A DNA stretch of 62,996 nucleotides, filler included, from Olpidium bornovanus S191 (GCA_017911155.1; 30 parts of 30 records of this genome joined end to end with filler, not necessarily neighbours in it), one strand, 5' to 3'. Counted from the whole stretch's first letter, positions 35,029 to 48,290 are shown. Notes: generated from the letters alone by a model not told the origin. Numbers and translations are program-made.

Positions 35029-35304
35029 CGCGGGGGTTTCCCCCCGAGGGGCCTTTGCCGGCCCGTAACGGAACGGGCGCGTCCTCTTCGCCGCGCACGT
35101 GCGCATCCGACGGGTCTGAGGGAATCGACCGGAGGCGACGGGGAAGGGAGGCGGGGAACGGGATGCTCCCCGCAGAGCCGCAGGCCCAGCTCGGTAATAC
35201 AAAAGACAGAAAAGAGTCTCTTAAACGGGCGCGCGAAACGCTTGGGTACGCCTTCTCCCTGCCTCTCGGTCATCACCATCTCTCCCCCTCTCCTCCGGTC
35301 GACC

Positions 35305-35388
35305 ATGCGGACGAAGGTCGGTAGAACCTACCCCACCTTCAACCCACCTCTCCTCCCTCCCTTTCCGGGCTTCCTGCTGGCGTGCCTA

Positions 35389-35436
<48 letters not shown>

Positions 35437-36371
35437 TTTTTCCCACCCGCGTCGGTGTTAATAAAAGAGAAAGAAAATCACGACTGTCCACCGCCCCTGC
35501 AGAACTACGCCCCGGAGTCTCGCGGCTCGCTGCAACCGATGCCGCCTCAGAGGTCCTCGGCGCAGGCAGGAAAGGTGGGGTGAGAGGTGGAAACGAGGCC
35601 GGAAGGAGATCGAGGTCCCCACCCCCGCCGCCGGGTTTTTTACCGGCGTGCCCGAAAGAGATCAGCCGGGCCGACCGCAAGGAAAAGCTGACGGGAGGAC
35701 ACGCCCCGGCTGATCTCACTCTCCCCCCTTCCCCCCCCACCGCACTTCACGCCTCGCGGGGCGGCGGACACCAAAAAAAAAATCACAGAACGTGATCTCC
35801 GTGGTCACCAGGGACAACATCCGCACGCTGAAGGCCCACACGGGCAGTGCCGCCAACGCCGCCAAAAGCGCGGCCGTCCTGATCAATCCGAAGGACCTCG
35901 AGCGCGTCCGGAACGCGGCCAAAGTGCTGACTCCTGATGACATCCAGGCGCAGGCCGTTCAGCTCGCCCGCGAGCGGGCGGCCGCCGCGGAGCAATCGCG
36001 AGCTCGTAAGGTTCGTCAGAAATTTGGCCGTCCTCGGCTTCTCGCTACCTTTTTCTCTTTCGCTCTCTCCCGCTCTCTGTCTCTGCCACTCTGTCGCAGA
36101 GGTGCCGCGCGCCTCTCCCCGATACACGCAAACAACCCGCTCCCAAACCCCACCCATTTTTCCCCAGACCGCGCTCTCCTCGAACTGATCGTGTGTGTGC
36201 GCGCGCGGGCACCCGCCGATTTTCCAGCTCAAAATGGAAGAGCTCGAGCTGAAGCGGACTGCCAACGCCAAGCTGTCGGAAGCAGAAATCGAAGCAAAGA
36301 ACCAGAACAATTGCCTTCTCGCCAAGGCGATGATGCAGATCGAAGAGGAAGAAGACGAGATCAAACACATG
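35305..36371 (+). CDS. CFAP45: Cilia- and flagella-associated protein 45 (CCDC19), 5' part; best-supported exons 35789-36010 and 36228-36371
   Basis: VISVVTRDNIRTL...LINPKDLERVRNAAKVLT...SRARK|LKMEELE..R....KLSEAEIEAK.....LLAKAMMQIEEEEDEIKHM resembles the CFAP45 N-terminus. The upstream mini-exons from ATG 35305 are inferred. Confidence 0.85.
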
Positions 36372-36471
36372 NNNNNNNNNNNNNNNNNNNNNNNNNNNNN
36401 NNNNNNNNNNNNNNNTTAATTAATTAANNNNNNNNNNNNNNNNNNNNNNNNNNNNNNNNNNNNNNNNNNNN

Positions 36472-38265
36472 CCATGTAGTCGCGGTACACTATCGAGTCG
36501 CCCTCGATCGTCGCGTTGATTACCGGCACCGCTTTAAGCGCGTGACACACCGCCTTGGTGAAGGCCGACATAAAGCCGAGCTTAACGCCGTGCTGCTTCA
36601 GGACAAGCTCCTTGTATGTCGAGCGAAGATCCATTAGGTTCCTGTGCGGCAGTCGTCGCGGCTTAGTATTCCTCACACGCTACGCAATTCTAGACCAAGC
36701 GCATCGCGCACTCACGTCATGTCGACTTCGTTGAAAGTCGTCAGCGACGCGGCAACGTTCTGACTCTCCTTAAGACGGCTGGCAATAGTTTTCCGCATGC
36801 GGGTCATCTTCACGCTCTGCTCCGAGCGGTAGTCAACCGGCATCGATTGGGCAAATCCCTGCGGGGCGGCCTGCTTTGGAGCAGCAGCTGTTTAAACGGA
36901 GAAAAAAACCCATCAGCGATGGTCTAGGAATAACATCTGATGGTGACCACCAAAACTGTAAGCACTCACGTGCGGCTGCCGTAGATTCGGGGGCTTTCTC
37001 GGCATTTTGCAAAACGTGCTCTTTCGGTGCCGGAAAATCCTCCTGCTTGGGCTCCGTTTTCTTCGCCTCCACCTTAGGCGCCGGCGCCGATGCTGCATAA
37101 CGCGGGGAAACGCGCAAACTACGAGCGTTTACGCTTCTGTCGCACAGAGGACTGGTCTTGCAGTGCGAAACATCCCGTCTCCGGAAACTCACCAGTCGCA
37201 TCGCCTGCCTCGCCCGCCTCCAGCTTGAAAAGATCTGCGCCGACAGTGACGAGGTCCTCCTCCTTCGCGTACACCTCTTTTATTATGCCAGAGAACGGGG
37301 CGTTTACCGCGACGTCGACTTTGTCAGTCTCAATCGAGACTACCTCCTCGTCCTGCTTGACGAACTCTCCCACGTCTGCAGCAGAGACGCCCCCGCGAGC
37401 AACCCGAGTTTAGTATGCACTACGCCACAAAAGCTCTTCAACAAATGGCCACGGCACAAGCGGCTTCTCGTAGGCTGCCTACCCACTTTTGTTCCACGCC
37501 TTCAACGTGCCTTCGGAGATTGATTCGGCCATTTGCGGGACCTTAACGACCTGCTCCTTCATCTCCGCTGAGAACGCCAACAAGCAAACTGTGTGAGGCA
37601 AAGTCGCCCAAACGGCGGGGCCTCTAAACGAGGTCGAGAGATGAACCACCAAAGAAGACCGCAGTTCCGACCAGGCCTACCATATCTACGGACTTGCTGT
37701 AATCGCGCGGTACGGCTGCAGATTACTGCGGTCGGCGTTCTTTTTGTCGGTGAGGCGTTTTTATTGGCAAAATCGGCCGGCAACAAACCCGTGAGCTGAC
37801 GCCACCATAAGGAAACACCGCGTTCGAGGGCGCAAGCAACACCGTTCGTAAGGGAAGAGGGGGAAGGGGGGGGTTCATCGCGCACTTTTCTCAGACTCTC
37901 CCCGGTTCTCAACCCATCCTCCATCCAACTGTTTGCAGCCCTCCTCGCCCCCGTAAAGGAACGCGACGCATCCCGAAAATCCTCTTCAGACGAACGGCGC
38001 GCGATAACGGCCAGATCGGAAAGCAGAGAAGCCCCCCTTTCTCACATCTCCCTCCCCCCCTTACATCCCCTCCCATAACTTACGCGGACGAGACCCAGAC
38101 GAACCTGGCGGATTCCGGGCGCGGCGACGGCGACGAGGCAAGGCGAGGGGCCGCAAACGGGGCAAGCAACTTTGACGACCGCAACACAGGCCCAGCCGCG
38201 GCCGACGACGGCCGGGCCGCCCGCACGGCGGCGGGCATCGCCACTCGGCGACTTACGCGCAGCAT
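36472..38265 (-). CDS. KGD2: Dihydrolipoamide succinyltransferase (OGDH E2), 3'-truncated, multi-exon
   Basis: Mitochondrial presequence; [15 protein letters not shown]; [15 protein letters not shown] (lipoyl Lys); [31 protein letters not shown]; [11 protein letters not shown]. Confidence 0.97.
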
Positions 38266-39860
38266 TGGCCGGGGGTTTTCTTTCCTTGTTTTTCTTCCCC
38301 CTTTCCCCGCCCGTCTTTGTTTTCAAGTCTCTGCTCTTTCTTTGTTTTTGTTTTCTTCTCAGGCTCCCTTTATTTTGGCACTGGAGGCGGGGGAAGATTG
38401 CCGCGGATGGCGGAGGGGCAGGGGAAAAGAAGGGGAGGGGAAAGGGCCGCCGGGGGAGTAGGCGTCAGCCAGACGGGGAAAGAGAACGGGAATTCGACCG
38501 GACGCGGGCCACGGACGCAGAGGCGCAGCAGAAAAACCGGCTACTTTTCTTTCCCTCTCCGTACGCACCCGTGCGTGGTGTTTTTCCTCGGGCGACGAGG
38601 CGCGGTTGCGGCGGAAGAGCGGATTGCTGAAGAGCGCGGGCGGGGATTCTTCTTCCGTGCGGGGTTGCGGGTGAAAACGGCGGGGGGAGGGGGCGTTTCG
38701 CCGTCGAAACGGGGAATTTTTCCTTCCAGGAGAGAAATAAGGGGGAAAATCTGGGGTCGTGGGCCGAGAACACGTGTGCGCACGTGACCAGGAACACCGC
38801 CTGCTTTTGGCGCCACTCCCAACCGAAGCACGTCACACGCCACGGCCCAGGCAAACCGCGCCTGCGAGGAACACAACGAGCTCGGCGCCCGGGGCCAACC
38901 GACGCTCGACAACAACACCCGAGGGCCGAAGCCCGGTGTCGGCGCCAATCAAAAGCGCACCCCGACGTAGTCGATGATCAGTTTCCGCAGTGGTAACGAG
39001 TCAGCAAGCAGATACGGGTGGAATTTAATGCAGTCCAATCGATGGCGAAAACTTCTTTCTCCCGTGTGGCGTACTTGAGTCTGGCACGAGTGAGCGCGCG
39101 GGAAGCGCAGATGATGACGCGGGTACGACGTCGGGCGCAGCTTGGTGGAGGACAGCACCAGTGCCCGGCGTCCATCAATCATATCGGTCTGCAACATACG
39201 CAAAAATGTCGCGAAACGTTGGGCAAGTGAAGAATGGGAGCCGGAGTGAGGCGGGACTTCAACGTCTCAAATGCGAAAAAACCTTTAGGGCGTCTTGATT
39301 TTTACGTCTGTGTCTTGGTGCCTTTGTCTTTGCCATATAAAGACGTATAAAAGACAGTTCAATTATATCCGGACGCAGTCCATGTATTCCTCTCAAAATA
39401 CGGACTGCGACACAACCAGCAGGGAATTTTGGAGCTTGCTGGCATTACCTTCATTTGCGCACCACCCGTGCCTGTCAAGTCCTCACCGGTTTCACGCGGG
39501 AGGTCAAGGCCGTATACAGTAGCATTGTGGCCAGTCCACTTGGTGTTACGTATTCTTTTTTCACGACGGAATGCTCCGCGGGATTGTCTCATTTTCGGCA
39601 AGCCCCAGGGACAGTTGGCAAACGCCGTGCCCTGAGATGGAATCGTCTGGCCCTCTTCTGCGAACTGTTTGTGGAGGTGACCCGGCGTGTCGGCAGACGC
39701 CGGGGTAGGAGACCGCACACCACTTGAAAGTCACAGTACCCGGTGACAAAGAGGGGCAATCTGTCTGCAGGACGCCCAGCCGAACGCGTTGCGCTGACAG
39801 GGACGGCGGGAACACCTGTGCAGCCGAGGAATATGCGTGTGCGTGCCCTGCGTCACTCCA

Positions 39861-39908
<48 letters not shown>

Positions 39909-40053
39909 CCCGGGGGGGAAAAAAAAAAAAAAAAAAAAAAAAAAGAAAGGCACNNNNNNNNNNNNNNNNNNNNNNNNNNNNNNNNNNNNNNNNNNNNTTA
40001 ATTAATTAANNNNNNNNNNNNNNNNNNNNNNNNNNNNNNNNNNNNNNNNNNNN

Positions 40054-41328
40054 CATGGTCGAAGCAGCCGACCAGGGGAGATACGCGGAAGCCTTCAAGG
40101 TCGTTTTTGAGGTGTTGGAGCTGATGAAACTCGTGAGTCACGTTCGGCTCCCGCCGCCCCTACTCCATTACCTGCGGTTTGCCGGATGCGGTATCAAACG
40201 TTGCTGCCCCGACGCGACGGCACCCTACGGATCGACGGCAGGATATTGCCAATTTCCAGCTCACGCACATCTTTCGCCCGCTGGCCGTCCAGAGCAGCAT
40301 ACAGTACGAGTGGGAGAATTTCAAGCTTCAGCTGGAGGCGGAGCTGACGACCCTGGACAGGACGGTCGCGTGGCTGAAGCTCGGGGCGCAACGGAACCCC
40401 GGAAAGCCGTTTGACGAAACGTTTTTTGAATGTACGCGCTCCCAGAGGCGGGGTGTCCCTCGTATCCCCCGTGGGCCCGTCGCGCGCCGCTTTTCGGCTG
40501 ACCCATCCCCCTTTTTTGGCCTGTTTTCAAGGCGTGGTCAACGCCGTGACAAAGTCCTACAGCGACACGGAACTCCCCGAGCCCGAAACGTTCCACATGG
40601 ACGGTAGCCGGCTGCACTCGTTCTACAACGACTACCAGGACATATCCGTCGTGGCGACGATCCTCCTGCTTTTCCGGCAGCTGGCGGGACCGCGGTGCGG
40701 CGCCGAGGCGGCGCTGGAGATGAAGTCGGGGCTGTGGGTGCTCCTCCTGGACCCGGACACGACGATGCCGCACATCTCGGCGCACCTCATCTCGGGCGCC
40801 GAGCGCGCGCGCGGCAAGGAGTTCTCCGCGGCCGAGCGGCGCGTCGCCGAGGGCCTCATCGACAAGACGCTCATCGCCGGGAGCAAGCTCCTCGAGATGA
40901 TCAAGGACAGGGTCGCGCAGGTGCTCACCGCGTATTTGGTCGTCGAGGGGAAGAAGAGGGCCGCTCCTCCCGCCGCGCCCGCTTCTCTTCCTCCTTCTCC
41001 TCCTCCTCCTCCGGAGCGGGGGGGAGCGACGAGTCCGAACTACTCCGGCGCAGACGAACCCGAGGCGCGCGGGATCCCCGATCCGGCGGCGCCCGGGCGG
41101 CGGCCGGCGTCGTCCTCGTCGCCGTTGCCGTTGCCGTCGCCGCTGCCGCCGCCGCCGTCCGCGCAGGAGCGCAGCAGTCGCAAGCCGGCCGGCAAACTCG
41201 ACGCCGCCATGCTCGTCCGGTTCGGCCTGGTAGACCTCGAGGAGAACCTCCGCGACCTCGCGGAGCGCGTGCTCGAGCTCGCCAACCACAACCGGTGCGT
41301 CTACCACCCGGCCTACCACGCCATCTGG
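40054..41328 (+). CDS. T-complex 11 (Sok1/TCP11) family protein, C-terminal part
   Basis: VFEVLELMKL|DIANFQL...RP...QYEWENF; PETFHMDGSRL; ELANHNRCVYHPAY. Confidence 0.85.
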
Positions 41329-43721
41329 NNNNNNNNNNNNNNNNNNNNNNNNNNNNNNNNNNNNNNNNNNNNTTAATTAATTAANNNNNNNNNNNNNNNN
41401 NNNNNNNNNNNNNNNNNNNNNNNNNNNNCATGAAAAGTTCGGTGGTGGCCGGGAGCTCGCGCTCAGGGAAAGAAACGATGTGCCTTATTATCCGCTCGTT
41501 TTTCACTAGATTCGTGACGTCAGGAGACTGAGCCACCGTGCCTTTAGACCCCCCCTCGCAGTTTTCGGTTGCTTTTCCCGAGTGAGCATACGCCCGTAAC
41601 GACCAAATTCGGCGGCATTATTTGATGGCTGTTCGGGATATGTCCAGAGCGCAAGCATAAAGGAGATGTTCCGCCTGGCGTTGCGCAACGGCGGAACGGG
41701 GCACGCCAAACCCTTTCGTTTTCAAGCGCAGGCAGGTTTTCCAGAACCCCCCCGCCTCTCATCAACCACGGTGCCCCCCCCCCCCACCCCCCCCCCCCCC
41801 CCCCCTTCCCCCCCCCGCCAACCCCGGGGCCCCCCCCCCCCAACCTCCCCCCTCGTCCTCCTTCCGCCACCTGTCGGAGAAAAGGGGGCCTTCGACATCA
41901 CTTCTCCTCTCCCTCCAAGCTCTGTGTCTTCCGGATATGGTTGAGTTGTGACGGGCAATCAGCTCACTCAGAATTCCTGTCAAGGAGAACCCGAAGAAGA
42001 GAACTGCCAACGCCAACCCCTCCTGCCCGCAAATTCGCGGAAGGAGAGTAACCAACCGCGGAAGATAGACCCAGCTCCGCAAACCGGCCAGAGTCGGCGG
42101 AAACTCAGAACGTGAAGATCGCACGTGCGAAACGCCCCGCCTTACTTATCAGATGCCAGGATGATTGCGCGCGGGGAAGAGCTCGGCGCGGACATCGCCT
42201 TCCGGCCAAATCGGACCGTCCTTGCTGTGAAGCCGGCCCGCGGCTGGCGCGGGAGGGGAGGGCTCACTCGGGAGTGATGTCGTCGGGCTGAAAACTGAGC
42301 CCGGTTGACCCCGGCCACAATTTGTTCATAGCCATCATCTCCATTAGCGCATATTCGATCTCAATTCCGCCACCACCACTTGGTGCCGACCGACCACCAC
42401 TTGGTGCCGACCGGCACATGCTCGCTTTTATTTCCAATGCCCTGTCGACTGCCGCATATTCGCTTACATCCCCAGCCAAAAAAAAAAATAGTACAAAGAA
42501 AGTGGCCGGCTGTGGTATCACGATTATAATATACGGAGAACGTAACCAAGAAACGTTCTTGTGCAGATGTCATGTCGGCGCCGCCAGCGGAAGCTGCCTC
42601 CGTTCTTCTCATTTTGGGTTGGACAGCTGGTCCATCTCAATTTTGATTCCGGCTGCATTGTGTCCGCGAGACACCCACTCCCTCTCGAGGCNNNNNNNNN
42701 NNNNNNNNNNNNNNNNNNNNNNNNNNNNNNNNNNNTTAATTAATTAANNNNNNNNNNNNNNNNNNNNNNNNNNNNNNNNNNNNNNNNNNNNCCCCGTTGT
42801 TTGAGCCGCAATTGTGTGTCATGCGCCGTGTGGGTAACCAATTCTGGGCGCGCGTCATTTAGCCACGGGCCGTGGTCGTCCGAACGTTCTCCACCAAATA
42901 AGAAGGGCGTTGGCGTGCCGACTGGCCGCATTCCGGTGCGCGACCGTAGATATGTCCCGCCATGTTTGGTGGGAGTACTGCCCGTTCTAAGTGCGTTGGG
43001 TCCCCAGGCCTGATCTGCCCCTCGTGTTTTAGAACAAACCGTCCGCGACTTTTAGATTTTGCGGTAGTTTTCAGAAGATACCACATCCGAGAAGGCCCTC
43101 AGGCGATTCCCGCCCTTGGCCAGGGGCTCTTCGCGTCTGGGGCTCGTGCAAGCCCGACAGGTGGCCACCCTTGGCATCGGGACGGAGGATGTGACCACTG
43201 ATGCTTTTGATAAACACCTTCTCGGCGAGCGGCCGCCGAAAAGACGAGGAGCTTTATGGGGACTGTGATCTCGGCGTCACGAGCGATGGCAGCGCCAGGT
43301 GCCTCTCATCGGGTGGAAAAAATGCAGAAGGTAATAGTGCCCTTAAAAACGCGCGCTGCTTCTCCGTAACACGACGCATCCACGGCCGGCCGTCTCCTCA
43401 GAAAAAAGCACAAGGCCCGGCTTTTTTTTTGGGGGGGGGGGGAAAGGGGGGGGGGTCTTTTCCCGAAGCGAAACGTGCCCAAAAAAGAGAGGTTCGGTGT
43501 GTGGTTTTAACTATGGCGTGTTTTTTCTTTTTTTTATTTTTTGTTTGCCACACGCGCGCACGCCCCCAATCCCCCCTCCGCCCGCGCGCGCGTTCGTTAC
43601 CATGGCAGCAGCCGCCCGCGTCCCCTCAAGTCGCCCGCCCCACGCCCGCCCGACTAAATTGGGCGGCCCGCAGCGCCCAATGAAATCTGGGGGCCCGCCC
43701 AACTAAAAGAATTCGCCCCAG

Positions 43722-44328
43722 ATGCAAATGTTCCCGACGGGCGCCTCGGGCACGCCGGGGACGGGGGATTTGTGGGAGACCGGGGAGGCCGCGCATGCGG
43801 ATGGAACTCCAGGCACAGAGCGCGACAAAACCCGCAGCCCGGCGACGATGGAACAGAAACCGGAACCGGAAAAGCCCGCCCAATCGCTCCATGTGGCGAC
43901 GAAAACGTGCGGCGAGGCCGGCAACGCCGCCAAAACCGCAGCCGCGGGCGGCAGAGGCGGCGGCGGGACCCCGGCGAAGCTGTACAAGATGCGGTTGTTC
44001 GTGCTGGCGCAGTTTTGCCTGGTGAGCAGATTCACCCTGGTGGGAGGAGTGGGACCGCGTGTTGAATTCCTTCGTTACTCTGGCGCGGAAGATAAACCGG
44101 ACCACATCCCTGCACCCCACACGCCGCCTTCGCCGGTGAAAACTATTCCCATTTTCCATTCCCTCACGCTTTTTCCTCTCCTCTTCGATCCCCGCCCCCC
44201 ACGCACACATGCTCCTGGCTCGGACAGCTTTCCTTCTCCTCGGCGTACCAGTGGATCACGTTCGCGCCGCAGGCCAGCCTGTTCGCCAGCTACTACGGTG
44301 TCGGCGGCGTCTGGATCGATTACCTGTC
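43722..44328 (+). CDS. MFS transporter, FLVCR/SLC49-like, 5' part; exons 43722-44021 and 44228 onward
   Basis: LYKMRLFVLAQFCL|LSFSSAYQWITFAPQASLFASYYGVGGVWIDYL matches the FLVCR TM1 pattern (RxxxL...QW...Y.V....IDWLS). Confidence 0.8.
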
Positions 44329-45049
44329 NNNNNNNNNNNNNNNNNNNNNNNNNNNNNNNNNNNNNNNNNNNNTTAATTAATTAANNNNNNNNNNNNNNNN
44401 NNNNNNNNNNNNNNNNNNNNNNNNNNNNAAAAAAAGAAGAAATAAAAAACAAAAAAAAAATCAAAAAATATCAGGCGCGCGCGCGTGCCGCCGGGCAGCA
44501 AATCCACAGCTCAGATCCGCGCAGACAAGCTCTGGATCTATGCCTCATGCGGACGACAAGGAGATCGAACGCCGCGGAAAAGGAGGAGGAGGAGAAGGAG
44601 GAGAAGGAGGAGGAGCGCACGCCGCCGGGGCCGTCGGAGGCTGCCCGGCGGCCTCGGCCGCCATGGACAAACCGAAAGCCGGAGCCGGCAGGCCGCTGCT
44701 CAACATGGATCTCCGCCCCAGGGCTCAGTCCGAACGGTCTGATTCCCTGTCTCCGATCAGCAGCGATGCCCCGCTTAGTTCAGCTTCGCCGGGGCCCAAG
44801 CGAGCTGCAAGCTCCGCCGCCCAGTCGGATGCGTCATTGGAGACCCCCAAGGCACGTTTGCTGTGTGGACCTCCTCCATTCCGTCCCTCCGCCACCACCC
44901 GCCCAGCCCCCCCGCCGCCACAAACTTGCAACCGGAGTAAAGAGGGAGCTGTCAAAACCCGAACGACGTAGTAGTCGTCTTTGGCCGACCGTGCTTCTGC
45001 TTCGCCCGTTTTCTCCCAAATGCAATTTTGCAGCCGATGTCGCTGGATT

Positions 45050-46574
45050 CAATCTCCAACCAAGCGAGCGGCGGGATCGGCGGTCCGGGCGCTTCGAGCG
45101 CGCTTATGACCAGCACCGAAGTAGGTGGGACCAACAGAGCGGCAGGCTCCCGACGCTTCGCCCGCTTGAAAAAGTAACTTGCGGGCCCGGGCTTTTCAAA
45201 ACCTCGGTCCAGCTGTTGCCGACGGCCGCGCCGGACTACGAGGACATGGCAAACGGCGATCTGGCCGGTGTGAGTGCTCTCGTCGTCGAGGGCCGTAATT
45301 CGATCGAGAGGGCCACAAAACTGAATCGCACCCTCGGGCAGGCGATCGAGCAGGATCCCGCGCAAGAGGTGGTGCGCACGCCTCCGGACGACACGGAAGT
45401 GGTCACGATGCGGAGGGAGCTGCGCACCGTGAGGACGGGCATCCCCGACGCGGCGGCCGCCGCGACGGCGTCGCTTCCCGGCTACATGCGCATCCTCTTT
45501 GACTTCTACAGCGCGGACTGGGCCGTCACGGAGAAACGGTACGAGCACTTCGCCGGTTACGCCGCCCGGCACAGCCCGTCCGTGGCGAACCTCGGGTCCG
45601 CCGCGTCCCCGGAAATCCGGCCGTTCCAGACGTTCGAGGTCGACGTCGTGCAGCAGCCGGCGATCGAGAGCACGGCGCCGGCGGTGGTCGAAGACGAGCC
45701 GGCCGACGAGGCCGAGGGTAGGCAGCCGTCGTCGCCCGCGCAATGGCCGCCCGCGGGCCCGCGCAGCGCCAGGAGCGCTCCATCTCCGTCAGAGAGGAGC
45801 GCAGCGAGAGGAGCCGAAAAAATGCTTTCCGTGTTCGCCACCCCGACTCCTGCCGGAGCCGGCGCCGCGCAACAACCGTCGGCCGCCGTCGGCCCGCCTT
45901 CGCCTTCCGGAGACGTCCTCGCTCAGAGCGAGGCCGAAGCGATCCACGCGTCGCTGCTCAACTACGTCGCCGGGGTGACCGAAAAGGAAGCCTTCGACGA
46001 ACGGGTCAGTTGGGTGCTTTGCAAGGGGAAAAACGCGAAAAAAGAAAAAAAAATAAAAAATAAAAAAGAAAAAGGTTGCGATGAGCGGGGGCGGACCGGC
46101 TCTTTCTTTTATCATTCGCTCTGAAATCGTCCAATCCCGTTTTCAAGCAACGCGGGCGATACGACCTGCTTCAAATTTTCAACGAGGTCGAACATGCCAG
46201 CCAACTCGCTTGCTCGCGCGTTCACGAGCGGCCGTTCAGAGAAAAAAGGTAACGTGGGCGGAAAAAAAAAAAACAAAAAAAAAATATCCGGTGTTCGCCG
46301 ACCCCCCCCCCCCCCCCCCCCCCCCCCTTCCCTTTTTTATTTTTCCTCCATCCGCCTTCCGAAAAATTCATTTCGGGAACGTCCGGGCTCCGCGTGGCCC
46401 AGCTCTCGTCGGTTGAAGATGCAGCTTCTGGAAGTTGCGCCGCGCACCGGGCTGACCGAGCCGTTCTACGTGACCGCCACGCTGTACAACGCGAGCATCA
46501 AGCAGCGGATCTCGGAATCGGTCCACTTCGACGTCAACCCCGAGGGAATCGCGTCGCTGATGACGATGCACATG
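45050..46574 (+). CDS. DOCK-C/D (zizimin-like) Rho-family GEF, N-terminal part
   Basis: PDYED; DPAQEVVRTPPDDTEV..MRRELRTV...P; FYSADWAVTEKRY; QTFEVD; EPFYVTATLYNA..KQRISESVHFDVN. The true start is uncertain. Confidence 0.82.
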
Positions 46575-47671
46575 NNNNNNNNNNNNNNNNNNNNNNNNNN
46601 NNNNNNNNNNNNNNNNNNTTAATTAATTAANNNNNNNNNNNNNNNNNNNNNNNNNNNNNNNNNNNNNNNNNNNNCAGCGGAGAGAGCGCCTTTTACAGTG
46701 TGCGGGGAGAGGGGTGGAAGAGCCGGGAGAGGGCGGGGAAGGGGACAGGGGGAAGAGAAGGGCGGGGGGATGGTGGCGGGGGAAGAGCGCGCGGGTGGGG
46801 GGGGAGGGGAGGGGCGAGGGAAGGGGCGGCGGTGCGCGCGCATCCCTTTTTCGTTTTTTTTTGTGGGGGGCGTGCTGCCAACACCGCCCCCATTGCTCTT
46901 TCTCTCGCTTACCCTCCTTCCTCACTCTGCCTTCCTGCGCCCCCCCCGGCCCTTACGCCCCGATGCGGACTGCGCGCGCGCGCGCGCGCTTCGACCCATC
47001 CGCCCTCTCTCGCCTGCGTCGCTTGCCTCCCGTTTTTTTCTTTTCTTTTTCCTTTTTCTTCTTTCACCCTCTTCTTCACTCGCAGAATCCCGCACGCGCT
47101 TCGATGGATTTGCCCCCCTTTAGCTGCGCAAGGAAAAAGGGGAAGAGGAGTGGGGAGCGGGGATTCCTTGGCGACCGGCTGCCAAAACCGCGGTCGGTTT
47201 TGATCGGTCCAGTCGACGGGTTAAAAGTCAAGTTTTTGCTGACGCGCGCGCGTCCCGAAAGACAAATCCAAAAAATTGTGTGTGCTATTCCAATGTTCCT
47301 CGCATTTATGAGACATTTACGCCAGTGCTCAGGCGGTATGCTGCAATACCTTCTCAATTTACCGTCCTCCACCTTTGTTTTTGAATCGAACATGTCGCGC
47401 GGCGCGCAAATGATATATAACTCCGCCGCAACTGCGGCAAGTTACATCAATTATCTTTGCGAATCTCCAGCGAGATTTCCCCCCACACACACCCCTCCAC
47501 ACACTCACAAACCCCAACCCAACGACGACTTCCAAGGGACTTCCCCGTTGGTTGTTTGAACCGTCCCAGAACTTCTCCAAGCCCGACTTTGTACGGCACC
47601 TGATGTTGCCGATTGCATTATTGCTACGAAGAGTAATTGACAAATGCTTGAGGGCCAAATATCGTCGTCAA

Positions 47672-47739
47672 AATCGCCGTCAGAATCGCCGTCAGAATCG
47701 CCGTCAGAATCGCCGTCAGAATCGCCGTCAGAATCGCCG
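47672..47739. repeat. 12-bp tandem repeat AATCGCCGTCAG, about 5.7 copies
   Basis: Direct reading of the sequence. Confidence 0.95.
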
Positions 47740-47899
47740 CTAAGGGGTGTATTGAAGGGAGGGGGGAATTTTCTTTTTATTTTTTTATATTCTTTTTTTT
47801 ATTTATCCTGCCTGGCCCCCACATAAAACAACGCTACTCCGCCGGAGAAGGAAAGAGCGAAACAAAACCGAGCACAGAGCGACGGCGAAAGCGGCCGAT

Positions 47900-48290
47900 G
47901 GCCGGCGCAACGCGTGCAAGCACTTATGCGTAAAGTAGAACTTTTGCGAAATGTGTTTCGTCCTGTCACCACTAATAGAGCCGACCTTCATTTGCACGAT
48001 GCATGCCGTGCTGTCCAAAAAGGGGCATGAAGTGGAGGTCCGCAACCATCGGCAACCCGCTTGCATTCTGGATGTGTCGCGCTAGGGACCGGAGCCACAC
48101 GGCTTCCTGACGCAAGGATTTCTGATTGGTTGGTTGACAGTCAGTGTCTACTTGGTCAGCTCCGACGAGATCGCAGTATCATTTCGCATTTAAGACATAG
48201 CCTGTCTGCGACTTAGCCTTATGACGGTCCGAAAGGTATCCCGCATCCACATATCAGATTGTCCCCTCAGGGCTGTTGGTTATACTCGCG
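47900..48290 (-). mobile_element. Ty1/copia RNase H remnant
   Basis: YVDAGYLSDRHKAKSQTGYV; DSTACIVQMKVGSISGDRTKHISQKFYFTH. Confidence 0.85.

Noticed and set aside
33888-35324. Long antisense ORFs (478 aa and 382 aa) overlapping deoC, and similar shadow ORFs over ARG7, TCP11, DOCK, the nuclease and Tom20
   Set aside because: These are by-products of very high GC3 in the true CDS. They show no recognisable motifs and run through homopolymers.
38949-39953. A possible spliced gene divergent from KGD2
   Set aside because: Several splice-like sites and short open frames exist on both strands, but I could not build one consistent model or recognise a family.
42150-42400. A possible two-exon minus-strand ORF (MEMMAMNKLWPG...ITPD|KDGPIWPEGDVRAELFP)
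   Set aside because: The splice sites fit, but it is short, unrecognised and lacks a defined 5' end. It needs RNA-seq.
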